The notes below the pieces were generated by a model. It was not told the origin of the DNA. It saw only the letters and a program-made list of their open reading frames with translations, and did not search any database. From a virus (Duplodnaviria; Caudoviricetes), in IMG/VR virus record IMGVR_UViG_3300012007_000672, positions 4,808 to 68,807 of that record: a stretch of 64,000 nt of DNA; one strand, written 5' to 3'. The position numbers and the translations under genes are program-made. Positions 48,982 through 58,899 of this stretch are shown piece by piece. Each line of letters opens with the position of its first letter. Within the stretch, counting starts at the first letter, position 1.

Positions 48982-49347
48982 TTACTCCAGGCTCACCTCT
49001 CCCTGATAATCGATGATGGGCAGCAGAACAGACTGATGGCGCCCCGTGGTACGCTCTATGCGGATGAATCCGCTCTCGTCGCGCCGTAGCGGTGAATAGG
49101 TGACGGTAAGGTATGGCCCTCCGGTGCGCTGCTGGTTGATGATCTCCACCTTGCCCTTCACGCACTTCACGGCATTCTGTACCGTCAGCAGCGAGGCAGA
49201 GGCGTGCACCAGGCGCTCCGCCATCCATACCAGCAACTCGGCCTCCAGTGAGTCCATCGACTTGCGGAACTTGTTCGACACCTGGAGCTGGCAGAAATAC
49301 TGCTGCTCCGTTCTGTTCTCTCGCACAAAATAATTCTTCTGTGACAT
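48982..49347 (-). CDS. Hypothetical protein, paralog of 34941..35318, behind RNA leader 3
   Basis: FCQLQVSNKF and IRIERTTGRHQSVLLPI. Confidence 0.8.
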   Translation of the reverse strand: MSQKNYFVRENRTEQQYFCQLQVSNKFRKSMDSLEAELLVWMAERLVHASASLLTVQNAVKCVKGKVEIINQQRTGGPYLTVTYSPLRRDESGFIRIERTTGRHQSVLLPIIDYQGEVSLE

Positions 49348-49349
49348 AA

Positions 49350-49541
49350 GCATTTGAATTTTGACATAAATAAACCACGCTACGTGCTGTCATGGCTCCA
49401 AATGCGAGGCCACCGGGGACGTTTCCGTACACCCGACACGGCGTGGTTAGACCTTTTATACTATATGTATGGGCATAAAAAAGGCTGGATGTGATTCCAG
49501 CGGTTCTCAGCCCGCATTTGGATTTTGACGCTGCAAAGATA
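49350..49541 (-). ncRNA. Candidate CI/C4-like antisense leader RNA 3
   Basis: seqA 49513-49529, seqB 49389-49406 inside stem 49373-49448, seqC 49350-49365. Confidence 0.6.
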
Positions 49542-49711
49542 AGCATAATCTTTGAAATGCCAAAGCTTTTTGCCAATATTTTATGTTCAATTCCATAAAT
49601 ATTGTTAAACAGCTGTTTATTTTCTCTTTTTTTCTTGCATATTAAACAAAAGTTTAGTATCTTTGCATTGTCAAAAGAGATCATTAACATGTTGAACCAA
49701 ACAAAGTCCAA

Positions 49712-49882
49712 ATGGAAAAACTTGAATTCTACAAGAAGTGTATCGAGGACTGCGACAGGGCAATCAAAGCGATTCACGACCGCACAGACCTCACGGAGGC
49801 GAAGAAGACGGAACTCATCGACGGGCTGCTTGACAGTCGGAAGATAATCCTCGACCTGATTCTTGAACTCGAAGACAATTAG
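49712..49882 (+). CDS. Small partner protein of the second DUF5053 (56 aa, MEKLEFYKKCIEDC...)
   Basis: ORF read by hand downstream of a TATCTTTG box. Confidence 0.65.
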   Translation: MEKLEFYKKCIEDCDRAIKAIHDRTDLTEAKKTELIDGLLDSRKIILDLILELEDN

Positions 49883-49927
49883 GAGCAACGCCCTTCGGGG
49901 CGACTCCTTTAAAAAAAACATATTTCT

Positions 49928-50317
49928 ATGAAGAGAATAACAGACAACATCAAAGATCCGCAGACCAAGAAGTATTTCGACAACGTGGTCAACGAGGCTC
50001 CCCAGACGGAGCAGATATCTACGGAACAGTTTCTTGACGGCATCGGCAAGATCAGTGAGAACATGAAAGAGGCTGCCGATATGGCACGCGAGGAACTGGC
50101 AGTCCGCCACAAGATAAGCGGCATCGCGGAGGCGGTCAGCCTGAGCTATATCGCCAAGACCTACTTCGGCAAGAGCAGGGGATGGCTCATGCAGAAGGTG
50201 AACGGGAACATCGTCAACGGCAAGAAAGCTGCCTTTACGCCCGCTGAAAGCCAGCAGATGCGTGAGGCGCTGCAGGATCTCAGCGAAAAGCTCTCCAAGG
50301 CTGCACTCGCCTTCTGA
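49928..50317 (+). CDS. DUF5053-like HTH protein
   Basis: VSLSYIAKTYFGKSRGWLMQKVNG...FTPAE. Confidence 0.85.
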   Translation: MKRITDNIKDPQTKKYFDNVVNEAPQTEQISTEQFLDGIGKISENMKEAADMAREELAVRHKISGIAEAVSLSYIAKTYFGKSRGWLMQKVNGNIVNGKKAAFTPAESQQMREALQDLSEKLSKAALAF

Positions 50318-50352
50318 CGGTTCAGCATCTCTTTTGACAAAAGCCGGAGAGC

Positions 50353-50381
50353 AAGCCCCGCCCCACAAAGCGGGGCTTTTC
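50353..50381 (+). terminator. Rho-independent terminator
   Basis: AAGCCCCGC-cccacaaa-GCGGGGCTTTT. Confidence 0.75.
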
Positions 50382-50552
50382 AGTGTCCCACTGATATCTT
50401 CTTTCATATTGCTAATTTTTATTCCGATATTTCATGTCCTGGATCTTGATGCGAAGCTTCGATTCTGCATAAAGGCGACGAAACTTCCGCTCCTTTACAA
50501 TCACCTCCACCACATGGATATAGTCGGTTACCGCATCGCTATAGTACATTAT

Positions 50553-50828
50553 TTATTCGAATTTTAGATCAAAGTCGGGATCACGACGATAGTCCAGGTA
50601 TTCCGGATGTTCGACCTCGGCCATCACGGGCTCACCGTCAGGACCTGGCTCTGGCTCGATGTCGAAGCAGAATCCACGACCATGCGCATCCCACTTCAGG
50701 AATGTGCAGTCCCCAATACGGGCATAGACGGCGGCCACCCCTCCGTTTAGCTGGTTGGAGAACTTGATGATCTCCAGCTCATTTACACCTAAGGCCTCGA
50801 TGGCCCTCTCAAAGTCTTCAATCTTCAT
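50553..50828 (-). CDS. Hypothetical early protein
   Basis: ORF from MKIEDF. Confidence 0.7.
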   Translation of the reverse strand: MKIEDFERAIEALGVNELEIIKFSNQLNGGVAAVYARIGDCTFLKWDAHGRGFCFDIEPEPGPDGEPVMAEVEHPEYLDYRRDPDFDLKFE

Positions 50829-50844
50829 ATTGATAATTTTTCGT

Positions 50845-51041
50845 TTATTCTCCATCAAGACCGCAGATCTCTAAAAGAGCCTTCATTTCCAGTTTAGAGA
50901 AATTCATATTGCGGATTTTCCCATACCATGACGGATAGGACAGTCCTGTCATTTCTAGAAATCGATCTCTTATTTCCGTTTTTTCTTTCTCGCTGAGGAT
51001 CTTATAATGTTCCTCGAATGTTTTTTTTCAATCTTACACAT
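50845..51041 (-). pseudogene. Cro-like HTH gene out of frame at an A8 run
   Basis: KTFEEHYKILSEKEKTEIRDRFLEMTGLSYPSWYGKIRNMNFSKLEMKALLEICG is open 51021-50845 but lacks an in-frame start; the ATG at 51041 joins it by a -1 shift. Confidence 0.6.
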
Positions 51042-51083
51042 ATTTTCTTGCAATATTCGTATATAATTATTAATTTTATACTG

Positions 51084-51091
51084 CAAATGTA
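51084..51091 (-). promoter_or_regulatory. Bacteroidetes -7 box (TACATTTG), probable leftward lytic promoter
   Basis: TAnnTTTG consensus 43 bp upstream of the cro-like ATG. Confidence 0.6.
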
Positions 51092-51195
51092 ATTTAAATA
51101 ATTACAAACCAAATCTATTTTGTCTATAATTTAACATAAATTTACAACAAATTGATTACATATATAATTGTTTAACACTATTATTATTAGTATTT

Positions 51196-51522
51196 TTGAA
51201 TATGAAAATGAATAATGTAAATCTTGGTCAAATCGTTTTTGATCTGGTTGAAGAAAAGGGGCTGAGTCACAGTCAGTTTGCGGCTCGGATTGGTTTAAAA
51301 AGGCAGAACGTTAAGAAACAGGTCTATATGAAACGTTCGCTTGACACAGATCTTGTTTGCCGAATTAACGAAGCTCTTGATTGTAATCTTTTCGATTACT
51401 ACAAGTGTGATACGAAAGATTACAACCCGCTGAAGGCTACAGTCAAGATAGAAATGGGCGAACAGACACAAGAGAAGACATTTACATTTCTTTTTGGAAA
51501 CAATGAGTTGAAAATAAAATAG
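51196..51522 (+). CDS. XRE-family HTH regulator (probable prophage repressor)
   Basis: KGLSHSQFAARIGLKRQNV...SLDTDLVCRINEALDCNLF; divergent from the cro-like gene. Confidence 0.75.
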   Translation: MNMKMNNVNLGQIVFDLVEEKGLSHSQFAARIGLKRQNVKKQVYMKRSLDTDLVCRINEALDCNLFDYYKCDTKDYNPLKATVKIEMGEQTQEKTFTFLFGNNELKIK

Positions 51523-52001
51523 TGCCTATGAGAGTTTCTGGAGTGCGTGATGGACGGATTAATGTTTTGGCTCTTGAAGTAATATTTCATCTAAAGAATT
51601 ACTGTAAAAATGATGAAATCAAAAATGATTCCCCACGCCTATTCGTTGTGCCCATCTTGAAAAATGGACAAATTGAAATTATCCACAATGTTTTTGATGA
51701 GCATATAGAATGGGCTGATGTAAGGCAGGTGATTCTTTTCTATTTTAACGAGGATGGATCAGGTTGTCTAATTCGTCATATTAGTGACGTCAATCGGATT
51801 CATAAGCAGTTCATCGGAAGAAATGGATTGCGAATATGTGTTAATGATTGGATTCAACCAATGAGATTGTGTCTATATCATAACACCTCTTTAGAGGAGC
51901 AACGAGAAGTTGATCTAAACAATTTCAGCCATGAATTTCATGGGATTTACCGTGATTATTTAGATTATGCAAAACCGATGAAAAAGAAACAGAACAATTA
52001 G
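51522..52001 (+). CDS. Hypothetical protein co-transcribed with the repressor
   Basis: AT-rich 159-aa ORF; true start uncertain. Confidence 0.55.
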   Translation: MPMRVSGVRDGRINVLALEVIFHLKNYCKNDEIKNDSPRLFVVPILKNGQIEIIHNVFDEHIEWADVRQVILFYFNEDGSGCLIRHISDVNRIHKQFIGRNGLRICVNDWIQPMRLCLYHNTSLEEQREVDLNNFSHEFHGIYRDYLDYAKPMKKKQNN

Positions 52002-52178
52002 AGGACTAAAGTCTTTCTCGCCTAGCAAGTTAATATATCTGATGATATATAGAAAAACGGAAGGCGGGACAGATTCAGGACGAGATTTATTTTATTATTA
52101 ATTATATGGATATCCAGTTTCGTAAGGAAAACAAGGTGAGTTCAAAGACACCGCTCTCCTGCCTCCGCAACTAATGAA

Positions 52179-52211
52179 AAAGTGTGCAAGTCATCATGGC
52201 TTGCACACTTT
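52179..52211 (-). terminator. Terminator of the lemA-htpX operon
   Basis: AAAGTGTGCAAG...CTTGCACACTTT. Confidence 0.7.
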
Positions 52212-52216
52212 CTTTT

Positions 52217-53230
52217 TTAGAACTGTTCCAATATTCTGATTCGTTCTTCTGTACTTGGATGGGTGGCGAAGAGGCCGCTGATGAAACTTGTCAACCCCTG
52301 TGTCATCTGCTTGGGGTGGATGATATACATTTGCGCTATGTCATCCCTTTCCACTTCTCCAAGTCCTGGGTTGTTGGAAATTTTCCTGAGAGCCGAAGCC
52401 AGGGCCAACGGGTTGCCGCAGAGCTCTGCCCCTCCTGCGTCAGCCATGAACTCGCGTTTGCGGGAGATGGCAAAACGGGTGAGCATGATAAACAGGTAGG
52501 CGATACCTGCACAGACAGCCCCAATGAGCATGATGACTATCACGGACAATCCGTTTCCCTTGTTGTTACGATCGTTATCATTGCTGCTGCTGAAACCGCC
52601 GAACAACATACGGTTGTAGATCATACGTACCACGATAGACAAGATGGTGGAGATGATGCCTACGAAGATGATGCTGGTGATGAGCAGTCGTGTGTCACGG
52701 TTACGGATATGTGTCAGCTCGTGCCCGATCACGCCTGCCAGTTCTTCATCGTTGAGGCGTTCAAGCAGACCAGTGGTAACGGTGACGGTGTAAGAGTTCT
52801 TGTCAATGCCGCTGGCAAAGGCGTTCAACTGCGGATCGTCTATCACATTCACCTTTGGCATGTCCATGCCGCATGTCATACACAGGTTCTCCACGATGTT
52901 ATACACCCTGGGATTCTCCCTGCGCATAAGCGGCTGGGCACCTGTGGCGTGCTGGATCATCTTCGTATTGGCGAAATAGGCGATGGCGAACCAGACCGCC
53001 ACGCCGCCGATGATGAAGGGGGCAATCTTCGAGAACGTCCAGTTCACTTTGTCTGAGTCGAGCTGGTTGATGAAATAGCCCGCCTGATCGTAATAGCCCG
53101 TGCTGAAGTAGTTGACGGTGGCGAGGAAAACCCATGTCATGCCCAGCAGGATGACGGGGAAAGCTATCAGCAGCAACATGCTCTTCATGTTGTTGCTTGA
53201 TATCTGGCTCTGAATGCCTACGTACTTCAT
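52217..53230 (-). CDS. htpX: M48 family zinc metalloprotease, HtpX-like
   Basis: HELTH, SRKREFMAD, ATHPSTEERI; adjacent to lemA. Confidence 0.9.
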   Translation of the reverse strand: MKYVGIQSQISSNNMKSMLLLIAFPVILLGMTWVFLATVNYFSTGYYDQAGYFINQLDSDKVNWTFSKIAPFIIGGVAVWFAIAYFANTKMIQHATGAQPLMRRENPRVYNIVENLCMTCGMDMPKVNVIDDPQLNAFASGIDKNSYTVTVTTGLLERLNDEELAGVIGHELTHIRNRDTRLLITSIIFVGIISTILSIVVRMIYNRMLFGGFSSSNDNDRNNKGNGLSVIVIMLIGAVCAGIAYLFIMLTRFAISRKREFMADAGGAELCGNPLALASALRKISNNPGLGEVERDDIAQMYIIHPKQMTQGLTSFISGLFATHPSTEERIRILEQF

Positions 53231-53236
53231 CCAGTC

Positions 53237-53797
53237 TTAGAATTTGATCTCAGGTGCCTTCTCGATGGTGGCGCGATCTTCCTGGGCTATCTCGAACATC
53301 GGCTCCTTCTTGAATCCGAACATATTGGCAAAGATGTTTGAGGGGAAGGTCTGTACCGCATTGTTGAGCTCACGTGTGGCAGAGTTGAAGTAACGGCGTG
53401 TGGCGGCAATCTTGTTCTCAATGTCAGAGATCTCTTCCTGTAACTGCAGGAAGTTTTGATTGGCCTTCAGCTCTGGGTAAGCCTCTACCGACACCTTCAG
53501 TCCTGCCAATGCGCTTGAGAGAGCGTTCTCAGCCTGTATCTTATCGTTGATGGTGGTAGCGCCCATAGCTGCTGCACGGGCTTGTGTTACACGCTCCAGC
53601 AGTTCTTTCTCGTGCTGCGCATAGCCTTTTACGGTGGCTACTAATTGAGGTATCAAGTCGTGGCGCTGCTTCAACTGTACGTCTATGTTGGCAAAAGCGT
53701 TCTCACGATTGTTACGCAGTTTGACGAGGTTGTTGTAAATACCGATGCATCCCATTACCAGGATTGCAACCACTACTAAAATGATAATCAGTGTCAT
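53237..53797 (-). CDS. lemA: LemA family protein
   Basis: IDVQLKQRHDLIPQLV, EAYPELKANQNFLQLQ. Confidence 0.95.
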   Translation of the reverse strand: MTLIIILVVVAILVMGCIGIYNNLVKLRNNRENAFANIDVQLKQRHDLIPQLVATVKGYAQHEKELLERVTQARAAAMGATTINDKIQAENALSSALAGLKVSVEAYPELKANQNFLQLQEEISDIENKIAATRRYFNSATRELNNAVQTFPSNIFANMFGFKKEPMFEIAQEDRATIEKAPEIKF

Positions 53798-53949
53798 AGT
53801 CTATACTTATTTAAAATGATTAATTCGGCGACAAAGATAGTGATAGTCGTTTAAATGCGCAAATAATTTAGGATTTATTCATAAAAAAAGTCCAATCGCC
53901 AAGTTATATGTCTTGACAATCGGACTTGTATAAATCAGAAATAGATCAT

Positions 53950-54447
53950 CTACTTCATTTTACTCATAACCTTCTTGTAATACCTGTTGGTTGCCCGAAC
54001 ACTGTAACGCATACCTCCATTCCAAGAACGAATAGCCTTTTCAATGCTATTCAAAGGGTTATGATACGATTGAATCAGAAGGAACATCTCTTTCGACTTG
54101 GCTACACTATAGCGGTCGTTCATTGTAAATCGCTTCTTACTCTTTTGCTTTTTGAGGATGTCGTTACATTCCCTTACGAGTATCGGAGTAATCTGCATGG
54201 CGCCTACGGAGTTCCCACTCACGGCGTTTGGATTTCCTTCGCTTTCCACCTGGATGATAGCATCCATGATTGGATTCCAGTTAAAAGCTCCTGCTTTCTT
54301 GTACTTTGTCGCATTTCCAGCCGCAAAAGCTGTAGTACAACACATTGCAAGGGTCAATATGACCACACTTGCTTTCTTTACTATTTGAATCATATCTCTA
54401 TACTTTAGGCGGCTACTTATCACAGGCGTTAAACCTTCACAGGTCAC
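53950..54447 (-). CDS. SLT-family lytic transglycosylase
   Basis: Signal peptide, AIIQVES, GAMQIT, SWNGG. Confidence 0.85.
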   Translation of the reverse strand: MTCEGLTPVISSRLKYRDMIQIVKKASVVILTLAMCCTTAFAAGNATKYKKAGAFNWNPIMDAIIQVESEGNPNAVSGNSVGAMQITPILVRECNDILKKQKSKKRFTMNDRYSVAKSKEMFLLIQSYHNPLNSIEKAIRSWNGGMRYSVRATNRYYKKVMSKMK

Positions 54448-54642
54448 ATTGCTTGCAAAGAACCGCGTTATCCTTTAGATTTCCTTTTCAAAGAGCGACT
54501 TTTTCGCGTGGATTTTCTCAAATCCGCTGCAAAGTTACGGGTAATCAACGAGTTATGCAAGTTTTTTAGGCTTTTTTATGAAAATTGTGTGCGCACACTG
54601 ATTTATGTCAAGAAGTGTAAAGCGGCAATGTCGGCTCCAAAA

Positions 54643-57216
54643 TCAGTCTAAATCCACGACTGTAATACCTGCTCCGCCGAACTGCACGTGCTCGTCGCGG
54701 AAGTGCGATACATTAGGTACTGTAGCCAGATATTGGCGTATCAATTGGCGCAGGATACCAGAACCTGTACCGTGAAGGATTCGTACTCTTGACACGCCTA
54801 CAAGGATAGCGTCGTCAATAAAATAAGTGATGGCATTGATAGCCTCGTCACCTCGCATGCCGCGAACGTCAATGTCTTGTTTGAAGTTCAGTTTGCGGTT
54901 GTCTATCACATCGCGTGTGTCTTTCGAAACCAGATTATAAGAGCCTGCGATGTTGTTGTTGCGTTCTTCTTGTTTGGAGAGCTGACTCTTGGATTGTTCG
55001 GCATGCTCCAAGCGGTCTGCACGCATCTTGGTTTTCATGCCACCGAAGATTACTACAGCCTTGCCGGCGTCTATACTCTCGATAGTGCCAACAGACGACA
55101 GACCTTTGATCCTTACGGTATCGCCAACTTTCAGGGGGGAGAGGGTAGAGGTGAGGGTGGATGGATTGCCGCCAGTAACCGACGTTTGTTCTTTACCGCC
55201 TTCTTCGTTCTTTGCCTTCTTCTCTGCCTTGCGCTTCTCTCGACGCTCCTTGCGTTCTTGCAGTTGGCGTATCTTGCGGGCGATAGCCTCGTCATTGTCT
55301 TTGGTGTCTATCTCCGATAGCTCTTCCTTAAAGGTGTTCAGTTCTTCACGAGCCAGTCGTGTACGTTCCTTTTCAGCCTGGGCTTCACGAATCTCACGTA
55401 TGGCGTTCTCGATTTTCTTGTTACTCTCACGCAAGAGTTCTTCTGCTTCTTCCTTGGCCTTGCGCAGTATTTCCTTGCGTTGGCGCTCAATCTCAGTCAG
55501 TTCGTCTTCGTAGCGGTTGATCTTGCTTTCCAGCGATTTCTCGTGCTGGTGTATCGTCTGGCGCTTACCCTCCCAGTAGCGTTTGTCGCGCACAATGTCC
55601 TGCAGGTACTTGTCGCTCTGGATATAGTCTGAGCCAACAATCTCCGATGCGTCTTTGATCACTTCCTCTGGAATACCCGTCTTGCGGGCAATCTCGATAG
55701 CGAATGAAGAACCAGGCTGTCCGATAGCCAACTGAAAGAGTGCCTGCATCTGATGGCGGTCATAAAGCATCGCGCCATTCACCACGCCTGGATGGTCTTC
55801 GGCAAAGTGCTTCAGGTTCTGATAGTGGGTGGTGATCACTCCAAACGCCTCTTTCTTCCAGAATTGCTTGAGCATAGCTTCGGCGATGGCACCGCCGATG
55901 GTGGGTTCAGTGCCGCTGCCAAACTCATCTATTAATAATAAGGTGTAGGCATCGGCCATTTTCATCATCTGCTTCATGTTCATCAGATGACTGGAGTAGG
56001 TCGAGAGATCGTTCTCAATGCTCTGCTCGTCGCCGATATCAATGAGTATATGGTGGAAGAGCCCCGTGGTGCTGCGGTCGCCAATGGGGATGGGCAGTCC
56101 GCACTGAAGCATATATTGCAGCAGTCCCACTGTTTTCAGGCATACCGACTTTCCGCCTGCGTTCGGACCACTGATAATCAATAGCCGTTTCTCGTGAGTG
56201 AGCGTAATGTCCAAAGGAACTACACTTTTGCCCTGCTTTTCCAGCGAAAGCTGTAATAAGGGGTGTATGGCGCGAATCCAGTCCAGGTGTGGCTTGTTCT
56301 CCACCACGGGTTCGAAAGCCTGCGTCTGCTGAGCCAGTTGCGATTTGGCGTAAATCAGGTCGATCTGTGCCAGGAACTGATAGGATGCGAGTATCTCGCT
56401 CACATGGGGGCGCACCTCGTCGGTGAATACCGTCAGGATACGGATCACCTCACGGCGCTCTTCGGCCTCCAACTGACGCACCTTGTTATTGGCCTCCACC
56501 ACTTCGGCTGGTTCTATAAACACGGTTTTTCCGGTGGCACTCTCGTCGTGTACGATACCATTGATCCTGCGCTTCACCTGAGGGGCTACGGGCAGCACCA
56601 GTCTTCCGTCACGCATTGTCGGGGCGGCGTCTTTCTCCACCAGTCCGTCTTTTTGGGCAGCGTGCAGTATAGTATATAAGGTACGCGAGATTGAACCCTG
56701 TGTCTTCTCCAGTTCATGACGGATGCCAGCCAGGGTCATCGAGGCAGAATCCTTGATTTTTCCAAACTTGTCGAGTATCGAGTCGATGCGGCGGATCATG
56801 GCAGGGAACGTTGTCACCCCCTCCGTCAAATGGTACAGGGCAGGGTAGTCGGGAACGAACTCGCCTTCATGCGCTTCATTCCCATGATTCAGAAAACGCA
56901 CGATTCCCGCGATTGTCTCCAGTGAGCGCCTCAGGTCCCACACCTCGTCTTCTTCCAGATGAGTGTTTTCCAGGCGGATACGACTCACCGCCTCTCTCAC
57001 ATCGAAGAAATACTGCATTGGGAAATCGTCTCTCTCCTCTTGCAGCCTCCTGAACTCACGCACCTGTGTCAGCCATTCGTTCACTTGCGCGGCATCAGTG
57101 GAGAAGGCAATCTCATCTACCTTTTCCTGTCCCAACGAACTGAGGCAATGCTCCCTCAGCAAACGCCGAATCTCATCAAAACCGAGCTTGTGTTCGAAGT
57201 TATTTGGATAAATCAC
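54643..57216 (-). CDS. mutS2: MutS2 endonuclease with Smr domain
   Basis: GPNAGGKS, LLLIDEFGSGT, C-terminal IDVRGMR...ILHGTGSG. Confidence 0.97.
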   Translation of the reverse strand: MIYPNNFEHKLGFDEIRRLLREHCLSSLGQEKVDEIAFSTDAAQVNEWLTQVREFRRLQEERDDFPMQYFFDVREAVSRIRLENTHLEEDEVWDLRRSLETIAGIVRFLNHGNEAHEGEFVPDYPALYHLTEGVTTFPAMIRRIDSILDKFGKIKDSASMTLAGIRHELEKTQGSISRTLYTILHAAQKDGLVEKDAAPTMRDGRLVLPVAPQVKRRINGIVHDESATGKTVFIEPAEVVEANNKVRQLEAEERREVIRILTVFTDEVRPHVSEILASYQFLAQIDLIYAKSQLAQQTQAFEPVVENKPHLDWIRAIHPLLQLSLEKQGKSVVPLDITLTHEKRLLIISGPNAGGKSVCLKTVGLLQYMLQCGLPIPIGDRSTTGLFHHILIDIGDEQSIENDLSTYSSHLMNMKQMMKMADAYTLLLIDEFGSGTEPTIGGAIAEAMLKQFWKKEAFGVITTHYQNLKHFAEDHPGVVNGAMLYDRHQMQALFQLAIGQPGSSFAIEIARKTGIPEEVIKDASEIVGSDYIQSDKYLQDIVRDKRYWEGKRQTIHQHEKSLESKINRYEDELTEIERQRKEILRKAKEEAEELLRESNKKIENAIREIREAQAEKERTRLAREELNTFKEELSEIDTKDNDEAIARKIRQLQERKERREKRKAEKKAKNEEGGKEQTSVTGGNPSTLTSTLSPLKVGDTVRIKGLSSVGTIESIDAGKAVVIFGGMKTKMRADRLEHAEQSKSQLSKQEERNNNIAGSYNLVSKDTRDVIDNRKLNFKQDIDVRGMRGDEAINAITYFIDDAILVGVSRVRILHGTGSGILRQLIRQYLATVPNVSHFRDEHVQFGGAGITVVDLD

Positions 57217-57291
57217 GCTGCAAAATTACTCATTTTCTATCGAAATAGCAAAAAAGTTGCTTTAAAATTTGGTTAATTCATAAAATAGCCG

Positions 57292-57299
57292 TACCTTTG
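57292..57299 (+). promoter_or_regulatory. Bacteroidetes -7 box (TACCTTTG) for tRNA-Ser
   Basis: Consensus match 29 bp upstream of the tRNA. Confidence 0.7.
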
Positions 57300-57327
57300 C
57301 ACCCGCTTTCAGGAAAATCGAAGCACT

Positions 57328-57412
57328 GGAGAGATGGTAGAGTGGTCGATTACAGTAGTCTTGAAAACTACCGTGCTGAGAGGCACCGGGGGTTCGAATC
57401 CCTCTCTCTCCG
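57328..57412 (+). tRNA. tRNA-Ser(TGA)
   Basis: Acceptor GGAGAGA/TCTCTCC, anticodon arm GTAGT-CTTGAAA-ACTAC, long variable arm, GGTTCGAATCC. Confidence 0.97.
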
Positions 57413-57636
57413 CTTTTTAATGAAAAGGGAACCTTACGGATTCCCTTTTTTCGTGCCTGAAAATCAACTGCTTGCATTTTTAACCCATTGAAAATCTGCT
57501 ATATAGAGGGAGGAACGTCCCTAAAATGACATAAGCAGTCATTGGACATCTTCCGCTATCATAAGCACGGAATGTATTACCAGATGTATTACCGCCCCCC
57601 GCTGTCAATAGTTTAAAGTAATACTTTTAGTTAAAA

Positions 57637-58791
57637 ATGAACAAGACACCGTTATTAGAGTTCGTTTACAACCGCAAAAAGACTGCGGCAACGAACAGGG
57701 AGGCAGCTGTTGAACTCAGAATCACTTTTGAGCGTAAACAGAAGTACATGACAACAGGCATCAGACTCCTGCCAAAGCATTGGCACAGGGGTGCTGTGGT
57801 AAATCGAATTGATGCCCGTGAGTTGAACGAGACGCTGGAGAAACTCATGGCTGAGGTTCGTCAGGTCATTCTTGACATGATGGGCGAGAGCGTAATGGAC
57901 ATCTTTTCTATTCAGGAGAGGTTGAAGCGTAAACGAGCAAGCGCCATCTCGTTCTTGGAGTTCTGCGAACAGCGGACAAAGATCCGTCAGTATGGCAAGG
58001 CTGATGACAGTAAAGAGCGTTACAGCCGTTTCATGCGTTTCTTCTCTGCATGGGGCAAGATCCGCTATTTCGAGGATGTCACCGATGCAAACATCTTGGC
58101 ATTGGATGAACATCTGGCAAAGAAGGGACTGAAACCTTATTCTAAGTGGAACAACTACCATCGGTTCCTTAATTCCTTCATCTTGGATGCTATCGATGAA
58201 GGATTCTTGAAACGTAATCCTTACAAATGGATTCGTATAGACAAGGAGAAATCGAAAGGTGGCATTGGCAAGTATCTTTCTCCATTAGAGTTTGCGAAGG
58301 TTCGCGATGTCGCATTACCTTCTGAATGTCTTCAGAGAGTTCGCGACGTGTTCGTTTTCCAAACTTACACCTGTCTTTCATACACCGACCTACACGACTT
58401 CGATGCGAGCAAAATTAAGGAAGTGAAAGGTATGAAAGTTTACGTTGGAAACCGAGCTAAGACGAAGCAGACGTTCACAATCCCACTACTATCACCAGCC
58501 ATGGCGGTGCTGAAAAAGTATCAGAATAAGTTGCCCGTCATCAGTAACGTTAAGTATAACGAGTACCTGAAGGTTATTGCTCAAGCAGCAGGCATTGACA
58601 AACCCGTATCGAGCCACTGGGCAAGGCATACTGGCGCAACATTACTACTCAATGAAGGCGGCATGGATTTGAAGACGGTAGCAAAGATTTGCGGTCACTC
58701 ATCCTTTAAAATTACAGAGCAAGTCTATGCTAACATGCTCGATGATACTGTAGTTGACAAGATGGCTGCATACGAGAAAACACTGAAATAA
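57637..58791 (+). CDS. Tyrosine integrase (Bacteroidetes type, arm-binding N-domain)
   Basis: RDVFVFQTYTCLSYTD, RAKT, HWARHT, CGHS...TEQVYA; the first catalytic Arg position reads S in the LSYTD variant. Confidence 0.92.
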   Translation: MNKTPLLEFVYNRKKTAATNREAAVELRITFERKQKYMTTGIRLLPKHWHRGAVVNRIDARELNETLEKLMAEVRQVILDMMGESVMDIFSIQERLKRKRASAISFLEFCEQRTKIRQYGKADDSKERYSRFMRFFSAWGKIRYFEDVTDANILALDEHLAKKGLKPYSKWNNYHRFLNSFILDAIDEGFLKRNPYKWIRIDKEKSKGGIGKYLSPLEFAKVRDVALPSECLQRVRDVFVFQTYTCLSYTDLHDFDASKIKEVKGMKVYVGNRAKTKQTFTIPLLSPAMAVLKKYQNKLPVISNVKYNEYLKVIAQAAGIDKPVSSHWARHTGATLLLNEGGMDLKTVAKICGHSSFKITEQVYANMLDDTVVDKMAAYEKTLK

Positions 58792-58899
58792 AACTCCGCA
58801 TATATTTGTACCTGAAATCCTGCAGATGATTCCACATATCAATCCGCAGAGATATTTGAGGAATACAATGCGGAACACAATGCTGGATAAAAATAGTTA

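Larger units (their letters stand above)
1..52001 (-). mobile_element. Temperate prophage (Bacteroidales, sipho-type tail); left end lies outside the window
   Basis: Contiguous replication, head, packaging, lysis and tail genes on the minus strand, a divergent XRE repressor at the right end, and host housekeeping genes from 52217. Confidence 0.95.

Noticed and set aside
48836-50407. 523-aa minus-strand ORF
   Set aside because: It runs across an RNA leader, a promoter, two plus-strand genes and another minus-strand gene in a different frame; likely a chance open frame
57637-58791. This integrase as the prophage integrase or shufflon invertase
   Set aside because: It is separated from the prophage by four host genes and a tRNA, and it sits in the standard position for its own tRNA-targeting element
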